A DNA stretch of 64,000 nt. It comes from Cellulosilyticum sp. Its GTDB lineage: Bacteria > Bacillota > Clostridia > Lachnospirales > Cellulosilyticaceae. The first letter of the stretch is position 1; each line of letters starts with the position of its first letter. Both the position numbers and the translations under genes were made by a program. The stretch is from positions 1,327 to 65,326 of the forward strand of contig SVDC01000017.1 of NCBI GenBank assembly GCA_015058045.1. The letters run 5' to 3'. The notes below the pieces were generated by a model, which was not told where the DNA came from, did not search any database, and worked only from the letters and a program-made list of their open reading frames with translations. Shown here piece after piece: positions 1 to 9,437 of this stretch.

Positions 1-996
1 CCACCAGACCCAGGAGAAAAAAGAGCTACTATTGGAGGGAATATAAGTACCAATGCAGGTGGAATGAGAGCGGTTAAATATGGTGTTACAAGAGATTTTT
101 GTATGGGTCTAGAAGTCGTTATGGCAAATGGAAAGGTGCTGCAGTTAGGAAGTAAAAATATCAAAGATAGCTCAGGGCTATCTTTAAAGAATTTAGTAAT
201 AGGCTCTGAAGGAACATTAGCGGTGATTACAAAATGTATTTTAAAGTTAATTCCAAAGCCTGAAATGAGTTTAAGTGTGGTGGTTCCGTTTGATAGCTTA
301 CAAACAGGTATTAAAAATGTACTTCATATTATCCATCAAAATGCCAATCCAACAGCTATTGAATTTGTAGAAAGAAAAGTCATCCAGTTAGGAGAAGCAT
401 TCTTAGGTTTAAAGTTTCCTTACGAGTCAGCAAATGCGTATATTATTTTAACCTTTGATGGTTATGAAGATGAAGTTTTAAGAAATGTGGAGCGAGTAAA
501 ACAAGTAGTATTAGCGTATGGCGCACTAGACTTTATTGTACTAGAAGATGAACAAACGAAAAGTGACGTTTGGAAGATACGAGGTGCTTTAGTAAAAGCA
601 GTAGAAGTAGTATCAGAACAAGAACCCGTTGATATTGTAGTTCCAATCGATCAAACTGCTCAGTTTATAAAGTATGTTTATGAAGTAGAGCAAGAAACAG
701 GTATGCAAATAGTAAGCTTTGGGCATGCAGGAGATGGTAATGTACATCTTTGTGTGGTAAGGGGAAATCGAACGGAAGAAGAATGGTTAAGAGAAAAAGA
801 AGTAAATTTATCTAAGCTTTATGCTAAGGCTTATGCACTAGGAGGGCTTACTTCGGGAGAGCATGGGATTGGATTATCTAAAAAAGCTTATTTCCATAGA
901 GAGTCTGACCCTGTATTATTACAGCTTATGCAAAATGTAAAAGATGCCTTTGATGAAAAAAGAATTTTAAATAGTAAGAAGGCCTATAATGCCTAA
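1..996 (+). CDS. FAD-linked oxidase/2-hydroxyacid dehydrogenase (GlcD/LctD-like), 5' end outside window
   Basis: Frame is open from base 1 (PPDPGEKRATIGGNISTNAGGMRAVKYG). HAGDGNVH and SGEHGIG motifs of the FAD-oxidase C-terminal domain are present. Confidence 0.9.
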   Translation, partial: PPDPGEKRATIGGNISTNAGGMRAVKYGVTRDFCMGLEVVMANGKVLQLGSKNIKDSSGLSLKNLVIGSEGTLAVITKCILKLIPKPEMSLSVVVPFDSLQTGIKNVLHIIHQNANPTAIEFVERKVIQLGEAFLGLKFPYESANAYIILTFDGYEDEVLRNVERVKQVVLAYGALDFIVLEDEQTKSDVWKIRGALVKAVEVVSEQEPVDIVVPIDQTAQFIKYVYEVEQETGMQIVSFGHAGDGNVHLCVVRGNRTEEEWLREKEVNLSKLYAKAYALGGLTSGEHGIGLSKKAYFHRESDPVLLQLMQNVKDAFDEKRILNSKKAYNA

Positions 997-1104
997 TAAA
1001 AAATCAAGGGAGTCCTATCTAAAAAAGGTAGGACTATGTGTTTATTATTGAAGAAATGAATGATAAAACACTAGAAATGAGTAAAGAAGAGGTAGGTAAA
1101 GTAG

Positions 1105-2280
1105 ATGGCAGTAAGAAAAGAAGTTATAGAACTAAAGGCATATCTAGTAGAACTTAGAAGAAACTTTCATAGGTATCCTGAGTTAAGTGGAAAAGAGTAT
1201 CAAACAGCTTTAAGGATTGAAAAAGAGCTAGAAGAAATGGGGATTCCACATATACGAGTTGGAGAGACAGGTGTTATTGGGATTTTAGAAAATGATTCTT
1301 GTGAAGAAGAAACCCAGACAATTATTCTAAGGGCTGATATAGATGCTTTAAGTATTGAAGAACAAAATAAGGTGGCTTATAAAAGTCAAAATCCAGGTGT
1401 TATGCATGCTTGTGGGCATGATGGTCATACAGTAGCTCTGTTAGGTGCAGCAAAGGTACTGAGTCAATATAAAGCAAATTTAAAACAGCGTGTCATTTTA
1501 CTATTTCAACAAGCTGAGGAAATTGGAGCAGGTGCTAAGCAGTTTTTAGGAACGAAGTACTGGAAACCTATAGATAAGATTATGGGAATTCACTTTGCTA
1601 GTTTTCTTCCTACAGGTAAAATATTAGTCCAAACAGGAGAAAGTAATGCCAGTTGTGATTATTTTAAAATCATTGTTAAAGGACGAAGCTGTCATGTATC
1701 TAAGCCACAAGATGGTATTGATGCACTTTATATAGGAAGCCAGATTGTAGTGGGTATTCAAGCAGTTGCAGCTAGAATGACCAATCCACTAGACCCGGTT
1801 GTAGTGGGCATTGGTAAAATGTACTCAGGAACAAATTATAATATAGTGGCAAATAGGGCGGTTCTGGAAGGTACAACAAGGGCATTTAATCATACGGTGC
1901 GAAGCAAGATTAATGAGGCAGTTATGGAGATTGCAATTTCTATAGCAAGGGCTTATGGTGCAGAAGTAGAAGTACAATTTGAAAGTTATGCAGCACCTCT
2001 TATTAATCATTGTGATGTAGCAAAAGAAATAGCAGGGATTATGGGACAGATTGTAGGTAAGCAGCAGGTTATTGTAAATGGACCTAAGACAATGATGGCA
2101 GATGATTTTGCAGAGTATTTACAAGTTATGAAGGGAAGTTATATTTTTGTAGGTTCCTCTCATAATGAAGCAACTTCTTATCCTCATCATCATGAGCAAT
2201 TTGATTTAGATGAAGAAGCGCTTTTAATTGCAGCGGATGCTTATATAAGTTTTGTATTAGGTGATGCACCTTGGTCATAG
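1105..2280 (+). CDS. M20D family amidohydrolase
   Basis: LRADIDAL, MHACGHDGH, FQQAEE and HHHEQFDLDE motifs. Confidence 0.9.
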   Translation: MAVRKEVIELKAYLVELRRNFHRYPELSGKEYQTALRIEKELEEMGIPHIRVGETGVIGILENDSCEEETQTIILRADIDALSIEEQNKVAYKSQNPGVMHACGHDGHTVALLGAAKVLSQYKANLKQRVILLFQQAEEIGAGAKQFLGTKYWKPIDKIMGIHFASFLPTGKILVQTGESNASCDYFKIIVKGRSCHVSKPQDGIDALYIGSQIVVGIQAVAARMTNPLDPVVVGIGKMYSGTNYNIVANRAVLEGTTRAFNHTVRSKINEAVMEIAISIARAYGAEVEVQFESYAAPLINHCDVAKEIAGIMGQIVGKQQVIVNGPKTMMADDFAEYLQVMKGSYIFVGSSHNEATSYPHHHEQFDLDEEALLIAADAYISFVLGDAPWS

Positions 2281-2385
2281 GAAAGCGTAGAATAGGTGTG
2301 GCTAGATACGACATTGGGAAGAAGGAAAACAAATTTAGGCTTAAAGTACTTCCAGTGAGTAAAAAAGTCTATAAGGAGGCATAGT

Positions 2386-3540
2386 ATGCGGGAGTTAAGT
2401 TTACGCACAGCAAGTTTTACAGATTCAGTTATAAGAAGAATGACAAGGGTATCGAATCAATATGGAGCAGTTAATCTTTCTCAGGGTTTTCCTGATTTTG
2501 ATCCACCAAAGGCTATTACAGAACGCTTAGCTAAGGTGGCAAAGGAAGGTCCTCATCAATATGCATTAACTTGGGGTGCACAAAATTTTAGGGAGGCATT
2601 AGCTAAGAAACATGAGCATTTTTCAGGAATGGCAATTGATCCTAATCAAGAAATCGTTGTAACTTGTGGTGGAACAGAAGCCATGATGGCTGTTATGATG
2701 ACTATTGTAAATCCAGGAGATAAGGTAGTCATTTTCTCACCTTTTTATGAAAACTACGGCGCAGATGCAATTCTTTCAGGGGCAGAGCCCATTTATGTGC
2801 CATTAGTACCACCAGAATTTAATTTTGATGCCAATGTATTAGAGGAGGCTTTTAAGCAAGGGGCAAAGGCGTTAATTCTATGTAATCCTTCTAATCCATG
2901 TGGTAAGGTATTTACATATGAAGAACTTAAAGTCATTGCAGACTTAGCCACTAAATACGATGCGTATATTGTAACAGATGAAGTTTATGAACATATCATT
3001 TATGAACCCTATCAGCATGTTTATATGGTTTCTTTGCCAGGTATGAAAGAAAGAACGATTATTTGTAGTTCGTTATCAAAAACATATTCTATAACAGGAT
3101 GGCGACTAGGCTATGTCATTGCATCACCAGAAATTACAGAAAGAGTAAAGAAAGTCCATGACTTTTTAACAGTTGGTGCAGCTGCACCACTTATGGAAGC
3201 GGCAACTGTGGGGCTTTTGTTTGGAGACGAATACTATAAAGAACTTAGAGCGCACTATACACATATGAAGGAGCTGTTTGTAGGGGGTCTTAGAAATATA
3301 GGATTAAGCTTTACAGAGCCTCAGGGGGCATATTATGTAATGATAGATATAAGACGATTTCTTAATAAAGGAGAGACAGATACTGAGTATTGTGAGCGAT
3401 TAGCAAGAGAAGTTGGCGTGGGGGCAGTACCAGGTTCAAGTTTCTTTAGAGAACCTGTTAATCACCTTATTCGGTTACATTTTGCTAAGAAGGATGAAAC
3501 TTTAAATGAAGCTTTAAACCGACTAGAAAAGTTAAGATAA
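2386..3540 (+). CDS. PLP-dependent aminotransferase class I/II (YbdL/MtnE-like)
   Basis: NLSQGFPDFD, NPSNPCG, DEVYE and SLSKTYSITGWRLG motifs; AGGAGG RBS. Confidence 0.9.
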   Translation: MRELSLRTASFTDSVIRRMTRVSNQYGAVNLSQGFPDFDPPKAITERLAKVAKEGPHQYALTWGAQNFREALAKKHEHFSGMAIDPNQEIVVTCGGTEAMMAVMMTIVNPGDKVVIFSPFYENYGADAILSGAEPIYVPLVPPEFNFDANVLEEAFKQGAKALILCNPSNPCGKVFTYEELKVIADLATKYDAYIVTDEVYEHIIYEPYQHVYMVSLPGMKERTIICSSLSKTYSITGWRLGYVIASPEITERVKKVHDFLTVGAAAPLMEAATVGLLFGDEYYKELRAHYTHMKELFVGGLRNIGLSFTEPQGAYYVMIDIRRFLNKGETDTEYCERLAREVGVGAVPGSSFFREPVNHLIRLHFAKKDETLNEALNRLEKLR

Positions 3541-3569
3541 ATAGAGTAGAGGTGTATAAAATCACATCT

Positions 3570-3609
3570 AAAGGAGGTGCCGCGAAATGCGACAGCCTTT
3601 TTCTTTTTT
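3570..3609 (+). terminator. Intrinsic terminator
   Basis: Imperfect GC stem AAAGGAGGTGCCGC-GAAAT-GCGACAGCCTTT followed by a T tract, 30 nt after the aminotransferase stop. Confidence 0.65.
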
Positions 3610-3653
3610 CTGAAACAAACTTAAGGTGGAGATAGACAGGAGGGGATTTTATA

Positions 3654-3983
3654 ATGAGATCATAAGAGGGAGTTATCCCATTATTCAAAGAAACCATTTA
3701 GGGGAATAAGGTAGAGATTGATACAAATCATATAGCATATGAAGTCATTGGTGTAGGACAAGAAAAGTTAGATAGTGGAGGTTGTATTGAAATAGAAAAC
3801 CCCTATCCAATCAAAATAAGAACGGACAAGATAGCTGCTGAGATTTTTCATATAACTAGAGAGCAGATTAAACGGCTAGAAAAAGAAGGTATCATTATTT
3901 TAGAGAAAAGATATTTAGGTAGCCAAACAAAAATATTTATGTCCCATGCCCCATCTAATGAAACTTTAGAGTTTGGTAAATAA
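3654..3983 (+). pseudogene. DUF1062-like gene remnant
   Basis: RBS AGGAGGGG and ATG 3654 are in frame with an open stretch 3702-3983 (PYPIKIRTDKIAAEIFHITREQIKRLEKEGII, resembling the DUF1062 C-terminus). In-frame stops lie at 3663 (TAA) and 3699 (TAG). Confidence 0.55.
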
Positions 3984-4063
3984 TAGAAGCTTAATGGAGA
4001 TGTAACCTAATTGTAAACTTTATTATGCTAAAATAGAAGGGAGAGTAGAAGGGGTGAGGGTTT

Positions 4064-4663
4064 GTGATTAAGGAGATTATTAATCATAATGGATTTGAGA
4101 TTAAAACAAATAGATTAAGAATAGTGCCAGTCACTGAAACAGAAGCAGAAAATTACTTTAGGGAATTTACAGATGAAATTGCTAGGTATCAGTATCCAGA
4201 GCCTTTTAGTGATTTAGAGGCAACAAAGAAGTTTATTGGAGATTTTACATGGGCTAAAAAAGAAGGATTGCATTTAGTATGTAGTCTTTTTAATGAAGAA
4301 AATCAGTTTATTGGAAGTATAGAAGTTTATAAATTAGGGCAAGAATGGCCAGAGCTTGGTATATGGATTTGTAAGGCTTATCAAAGACAGGGTTATGCCT
4401 ATGAAGCCATTAATGGGGTTATACAATTTTTTAAAGTGCATGATGTTGCAACTAAAGGCTTTATTTATGAAGCAGATAGAAGAAATCCTAGTAGCTTGAA
4501 ACTTGTTCAAAAACTTCAAGGTGTTGAGGTAGGTTATCAAGAAGTACCAAGTGACGCAGGAGAGATATTGGAACTAAAGAAATATATTATAGGATCTTAC
4601 GAACATCGAACATATTTAAGAAGACATATAATAAGTAAAATTTGTGATGATGTAGAAAGATGA
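4064..4663 (+). CDS. GNAT (RimJ/RimL-type) N-acetyltransferase
   Basis: TNRLRIVP N-terminus, ELGIWICKAYQRQGYAYEA acetyl-CoA loop, NPSSLKLVQKL. Confidence 0.8.
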   Translation: MIKEIINHNGFEIKTNRLRIVPVTETEAENYFREFTDEIARYQYPEPFSDLEATKKFIGDFTWAKKEGLHLVCSLFNEENQFIGSIEVYKLGQEWPELGIWICKAYQRQGYAYEAINGVIQFFKVHDVATKGFIYEADRRNPSSLKLVQKLQGVEVGYQEVPSDAGEILELKKYIIGSYEHRTYLRRHIISKICDDVER

Positions 4664-4695
4664 TGAAAATAGATGGGCCCTAAAAAAGAAGCAAT

Positions 4696-4737
4696 AAAAG
4701 GAACAAATGAGCGATAGTGAGCATTTGTTCCTTTTTT
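4696..4737. terminator. Bidirectional terminator between convergent genes
   Basis: AAAAGGAACAAATG...CATTTGTTCCTTTT, a 14-bp inverted repeat. Confidence 0.8.
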
Positions 4738-4743
4738 GAAGTT

Positions 4744-5178
4744 TTATACATAAGTGTCTAGTTTATCATGAAATTCCCGTTCAATAGCAATAAGTCTTTC
4801 AGTCAATTTTTTAGTTTCTGCATTGGCAGTAGGATATTGTTCCAAGTATTGTTGTAATGATTTAATCCCCATATCACAGCCATCACGCATGAGTTTTGCA
4901 ATTTCTTCGCTAGAGGAATCCATTAAAAGATTGAGATGGATTTTTGTCCAAGACATAGCTTTAGCAACAGGATGAGGTGATTTTTCATCATCATGATAAG
5001 TGTCAAGTTTTTTGCTAATTTCATCTCTGAGGGTTTGGTGCTTGGTGAGATAGTCTTGAAGAATGGAATGAAGAGATTCTTCTTTTGCATGATCAATGAC
5101 ATCATTGATACTAGCAATTGCCATTTCAGCGCCAGCGCTACATTCTCTTAAAAGTTTAATTGTATCATCATTAGGCAT
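4744..5178 (-). CDS. Conserved clostridial helical-bundle (ferritin-like/DUF2383-like) protein
   Basis: Start reassigned to ATG 5178 behind the AAGGAG RBS. DTIKLLREC.AG..MAI and IAKLM.DG.DMGIKSL pattern. Confidence 0.65.
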   Translation of the reverse strand: MPNDDTIKLLRECSAGAEMAIASINDVIDHAKEESLHSILQDYLTKHQTLRDEISKKLDTYHDDEKSPHPVAKAMSWTKIHLNLLMDSSSEEIAKLMRDGCDMGIKSLQQYLEQYPTANAETKKLTERLIAIEREFHDKLDTYV

Positions 5179-5211
5179 AAAAAGATGCTCCTTTATATAT
5201 AAGTCTGTAGT

Positions 5212-5240
5212 TAGTTTTGCAATATAAAGCAAAATTATAC
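5212..5240 (-). promoter_or_regulatory. Candidate forespore (sigmaG/sigmaF-type) promoter
   Basis: Minus strand reads GTATA-N17-AAAACTA; the approximate Bacillus sigmaG consensus is GHATR-N17/18-CATWHTA. Confidence 0.4.
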
Positions 5241-5310
5241 CTTAAATTTATATTGAAAATTTAAAATATATAGAATAATATAGTATATAATTAAATCATA
5301 GCAGAAGGTA

Positions 5311-6282
5311 GTGAAGGAAATGGAATACTTTATAGCATTTTTATTATCATTAATGAGTATGTTATGGATTACACCAAAACTAAGAGCCATTGCTTTTAAA
5401 ACAAATTATGTGGAGCAACCTAAAAAGGATTGTGAACGTAAAATTCATAAAGAGCCTAAACCTTACCTTGCGGCAGTGGGGATATTTGGTGTATTTTGGA
5501 TCGTTTATTTTTTAGTCAGTAAAAATATAGATCGAAAAATTTTATGTATTTGTATTGGTGCAACACTTGTTTTTACAGTTGGAATGTTAGATGATTGGAT
5601 TAAAATTAGAGGAAAAGATTTATCAGCTTTGCCTAAAATGTTAGTACAACTTTTAGCTTGTGTTATAGTTTACTTTGGAGGCGTACAATTTATAGGTTTT
5701 ACGAATCCAGTAGATGGTACATATGTTTTACTCCCTACAATAATGCAGTTTATTTTAACCATTGTGTGGCTATTTGGTGTCACAACAGTTATTAACTTTA
5801 CAGATGGTATGGATGGATTAGCAGGTGGGGTATCTTGCATTTCATCTTTTACATTATTTATTGTGGCTTTTGGAATGGGCGATGAACACTCCGCAATGAT
5901 GGCCATTATTTTAGTAGGTGTTTGTTTGGGTTATTTAAGATACAATAAGTTTCCAGCCAAAATTTTGATGGGAGATGCAGGGGCTACCTTTATTGGTTTT
6001 ATATTAGGGGTAATTGCATTAGATGGTGCTTTTAAGCAGGCTACTATGCTTTCTATTTTTGTTCCGATTCTAGCATTAGGTTTACCTATTTTTGATAACA
6101 TTTATGTGGTATTAAAAAGGATGAAAGAAGGAAAACCTATTTATGTAGGGGATGCTTCACAAGTTCATTTTAGATTAGTGGCGCAAGGACTTACTCAGAA
6201 ACAAGCAGTTTATGTACTTTACTTAGTTACAGCATGTTTTAATTTAAGTGCCATTATTTTATATATGATTAATCGGATGTAA
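5311..6282 (+). CDS. MraY/TagO/WecA-family (GT4) undecaprenyl-phosphate GlcNAc-1-P transferase
   Basis: GMLDD, NFTDGMDGLA and MGDAG motifs; multiple TM segments. Confidence 0.9.
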   Translation: MKEMEYFIAFLLSLMSMLWITPKLRAIAFKTNYVEQPKKDCERKIHKEPKPYLAAVGIFGVFWIVYFLVSKNIDRKILCICIGATLVFTVGMLDDWIKIRGKDLSALPKMLVQLLACVIVYFGGVQFIGFTNPVDGTYVLLPTIMQFILTIVWLFGVTTVINFTDGMDGLAGGVSCISSFTLFIVAFGMGDEHSAMMAIILVGVCLGYLRYNKFPAKILMGDAGATFIGFILGVIALDGAFKQATMLSIFVPILALGLPIFDNIYVVLKRMKEGKPIYVGDASQVHFRLVAQGLTQKQAVYVLYLVTACFNLSAIILYMINRM

Positions 6283-6360
6283 ATGCTATACAAAATATAG
6301 ATTAATTTGAATCCATATAGTAGCAATATTGAGAGAAAATGAAATGTAAAGATATAGGTA

Positions 6361-6400
6361 TAAATAAAAAAAGGTGTCCTTGGACACCTTTTTTTATTTA
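6361..6400 (+). terminator. Intrinsic terminator (perfect 19-bp inverted repeat)
   Basis: TAAATAAAAAAAGGTGTCC-TT-GGACACCTTTTTTTATTTA. Confidence 0.85.
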
Positions 6401-6567
6401 AAATTTGTAAAATAAGCATAATGTATAGTATAATGGTAATAATTTCAAATATTGGGTAAATGATTTTAAAAATATATAACTAAAATTTAATATATTAGTT
6501 CAAATTCAATAAAGTTATTTGAATATAAAGTATGATATAATAAATTGTGTATAGGGGTGCTATGCAA

Positions 6568-7794
6568 ATGAAAAGAGATAAATTAGGTGCAGTAGGAAGT
6601 TATTATCAGTATCAGCAAGAAAAAATAAGAAAGAAACAATATGGGGTTTTAATCCTCATATCTATTTTTTTAGTGAGTGTATTTGTAGTAACAGGAAGAT
6701 TTAATACAGATTTAGACGCATTACTTTCTATAGGGAGAATGAAGATAGAGCCTATAGAAGAAAGTGTATACCTAATGGCACCAGAAATTGATTACTCAGA
6801 ATATGCAGCACCTGAGATAGCTAAAGGTATTTATATTTCAGCAAGTAAAGCAAAGAACTATGAAAGCTTTATTCAGCTTGCAAAGGAAACAGATGTAAAT
6901 AGCTTTGTAATTGATGTAAAGGATGATCAAGGTTATTTAACTTTTGAATCTAATAATGAGATATTGGTACAAAAAGGAGCTATATTAGCTAATCCACCTA
7001 TTAAGGATATAGAGAAGATGATGAGTCGTTTATGTGAAGCTAATATTTATCCTATTGCTAGAATAGTAGCTTTTAAAGATGATGTGGCAGCTAGGCATAA
7101 TCCAGAATTAGCTGTGAAAAGTCTAGATGGTTCAAGCTATGAAACAAGAGGTGGAAATACTTGGCTAGATCCATATAATAAAGAAAATTGGGAGTATCTT
7201 TTAGAGATGTGTAAGGAAGCAATTAAAATGGGGTTCAAGGAAATTCAATTTGACTATGTACGTTTTCATGAGTCTATGAATTCAAATAGAGTGATACTAG
7301 ATGATAAGCTATCTAAAAGTGAAATTATCACATCATTTACAAAGTATATGTGTGAGCAGTTACAAAGTGAAGGAATTAAGGTATCAGCTGATGTATTTGG
7401 AGCAGTGGTATTAAGTGATTTGGATGCTGAGATAGTAGGACAAAACTTTAAAGACATGAGTCAGTATTTAGACTATATTTGTCCAATGGTTTACCCATCT
7501 CATTATGCAGAAGGTACATTTGGTATAGAATATCCCCATTTGGATGCTTATCAAATTATTTATAAAACAATGCAATATGGTATGAAGAGGCTTGCAAATG
7601 AAAATGGAGAAAAAACGGCAATCATTAGACCTTGGTTACAGGATTTTACTTTAAAAAATACGATGCCTTATTTAGAATATGGTCCAGAAGAAATTAAAGC
7701 ACAAATCAAAGGTGCAAATGCAGCAGGTGTAGAGGAATGGCTTTTTTGGAATGCAGCAGGAAACTATACTAAAGAAGGCTTAATGGGAGAGTAA
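6568..7794 (+). CDS. Membrane-anchored putative glycoside hydrolase (DUF4015, TIM-barrel)
   Basis: N-terminal TM; KGIYI, VIDVKDD.G, IARIVAFKD, EIQFDYVRF, PMVYPSHY and RPWLQDF motifs. ATG 6568 preferred over GTG 6547 by RBS spacing. Confidence 0.8.
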   Translation: MKRDKLGAVGSYYQYQQEKIRKKQYGVLILISIFLVSVFVVTGRFNTDLDALLSIGRMKIEPIEESVYLMAPEIDYSEYAAPEIAKGIYISASKAKNYESFIQLAKETDVNSFVIDVKDDQGYLTFESNNEILVQKGAILANPPIKDIEKMMSRLCEANIYPIARIVAFKDDVAARHNPELAVKSLDGSSYETRGGNTWLDPYNKENWEYLLEMCKEAIKMGFKEIQFDYVRFHESMNSNRVILDDKLSKSEIITSFTKYMCEQLQSEGIKVSADVFGAVVLSDLDAEIVGQNFKDMSQYLDYICPMVYPSHYAEGTFGIEYPHLDAYQIIYKTMQYGMKRLANENGEKTAIIRPWLQDFTLKNTMPYLEYGPEEIKAQIKGANAAGVEEWLFWNAAGNYTKEGLMGE

Positions 7795-7807
7795 AGGACG
7801 TGAAAAA

Positions 7808-8233
7808 ATGGTAGACCAAAATAAGATTGTTCTTATGAGTAAATTGGCTTTATATGAAAAGAAGTATATGAGGCGAGATCAAAGAATAATCCATTACTTT
7901 GTGGAAGATTATGTGTATATTAATAATTTTATAACCAGATTAGGAATAAGCGTAATAACCCTTTTTTTTATAGCGGTAGGGGCATTTCGTATTATTTATG
8001 ATGGTATTATTTTTCCAACATCGTTAGAGCATTTTATAGAGGTTTATTTAGGTCCTTATATAGGACCATGGCTTATTGCAATGATAGGCTACACAATGCT
8101 CTCTTCAATTGTTTATGGAGCGCGATATCGAAAAGTACAGAAGCGATTTGGCGCATATAAAAAAATAATGAAGGAACTAGGAAAATATGAACAGCAAACT
8201 GTAAATGAAGAGGGGGCTACCGATGAAATCTAG
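7808..8233 (+). CDS. Hypothetical two-TM membrane protein
   Basis: ORF with RBS; MSKLALYEK...DYV N-terminal pattern; two hydrophobic segments; overlaps the next gene. Confidence 0.7.
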   Translation: MVDQNKIVLMSKLALYEKKYMRRDQRIIHYFVEDYVYINNFITRLGISVITLFFIAVGAFRIIYDGIIFPTSLEHFIEVYLGPYIGPWLIAMIGYTMLSSIVYGARYRKVQKRFGAYKKIMKELGKYEQQTVNEEGATDEI

Positions 8234-9233
8234 TGAGACGTTATTAATTATAAGGCAGAATCTAATTGATTTATTTAAGCGATATGAAGTCATTTTACTT
8301 CCCATTCTGAGATTTATAATGAGTTTAATGGGAATACATATGTTAAAAGAGGCAACAGGATATAGTGGGGGATTAAGTCATATTTGTGCTATGCTTGCAA
8401 TTGCCTTAATAGGTAGTTTCGTATCTGCTGAGGGGATTGTAATAGGAAGTATATTATTAACAGTCATTTTTCTAATACCCTCTAATTTTATTTTGGCAAT
8501 TATGTTATTTTTAGTGCTTACTATGATTTATATTTTATTTGGAAGATTATTTCCTAGGGAATGTATATTGGTCATAGTTACACTTGCGGCATTTTCTACT
8601 CATCTAGAATTAATGCTTTCTATAGGGGGAGCTTTGTTTGGAAGCTATGTAAGTATTGTAGCTATTATTATTGGAACTATGCTGTGGTTTATGATGCCTG
8701 AAATAAGAGCAAACATGCCGAGTGGCAACGTGGATAAAGGGCAGATAATAGATACAATCAATCAATTATTTTCGATAGATTTTAAAGGCCTATTAGTGAA
8801 TCAGAACATGATGGTGACAATCATTGTTTTCTTTATTGTTTTTTCAACCATTTATTTTATTAGAAAGCTTTCTGTGGACTATGGTGCTTATATTGCAATT
8901 ACAATAGGCGCAGCTATGAACATTATTGGCTTTGGACTAGCTAGTATGTTTTTTATGGACCTTCAAATCAATATGATTGAACTTATACTTAAGACAGTGC
9001 TTTTTAGTGTGATTGCCGTGGTAATGCAATTTTTTGCTATTGCACTAGATTATCAACGAGCTGAGACAGTAGAGTTTCAGGATGATGACAATTATTACTA
9101 TGTAAAGATTGTACCTAAAATTAAATTACATGCAAAACATAAAAAAGTAAAAAAGGTTTATACAGACTTATCACAAACAATGAGTGGAAAACAAAGACAT
9201 ATAAAAGAAGATGATTTTACAAGTGGGTTATAA
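8223..9233 (+). CDS. Hypothetical polytopic membrane protein
   Basis: Many TM segments; C-terminal LDYQRAETVEFQDDDNYYYVKIVPK; ATG 8223 follows GAGGGGG. Confidence 0.75.
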   Translation: MKSSETLLIIRQNLIDLFKRYEVILLPILRFIMSLMGIHMLKEATGYSGGLSHICAMLAIALIGSFVSAEGIVIGSILLTVIFLIPSNFILAIMLFLVLTMIYILFGRLFPRECILVIVTLAAFSTHLELMLSIGGALFGSYVSIVAIIIGTMLWFMMPEIRANMPSGNVDKGQIIDTINQLFSIDFKGLLVNQNMMVTIIVFFIVFSTIYFIRKLSVDYGAYIAITIGAAMNIIGFGLASMFFMDLQINMIELILKTVLFSVIAVVMQFFAIALDYQRAETVEFQDDDNYYYVKIVPKIKLHAKHKKVKKVYTDLSQTMSGKQRHIKEDDFTSGL

Positions 9234-9246
9234 GTATATAATTCTG

Positions 9247-9285
9247 AAAGTGCAAGCATATTATAAATGATGTTTGCACTTTTTT
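9247..9285 (+). terminator. Intrinsic terminator
   Basis: AAAGTGCAAGCAT...ATGTTTGCACTTT followed by T residues. Confidence 0.75.
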
Positions 9286-9437
9286 ATGACTAGAGCAAAG
9301 TGTATTTTTAGATGGAATGAAACAAAGAGATTTTCGTTAATTTGAACAAATTCCAATACTAGTAAAAATAAAATATACTGGACACTTAAAACATGATATA
9401 ATAAAGAAGAAAATACGTATAGAAGGAGTTTGGGTCA

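Noticed and set aside
9290-9437. Search for a c-di-AMP (ydaO) riboswitch near cdaA, DUF4015 or the P-type ATPase, and for a glmS ribozyme after glmM
   Set aside because: No matching conserved elements are visible and glmS is not in the window; a cmscan would be needed to exclude them formally.
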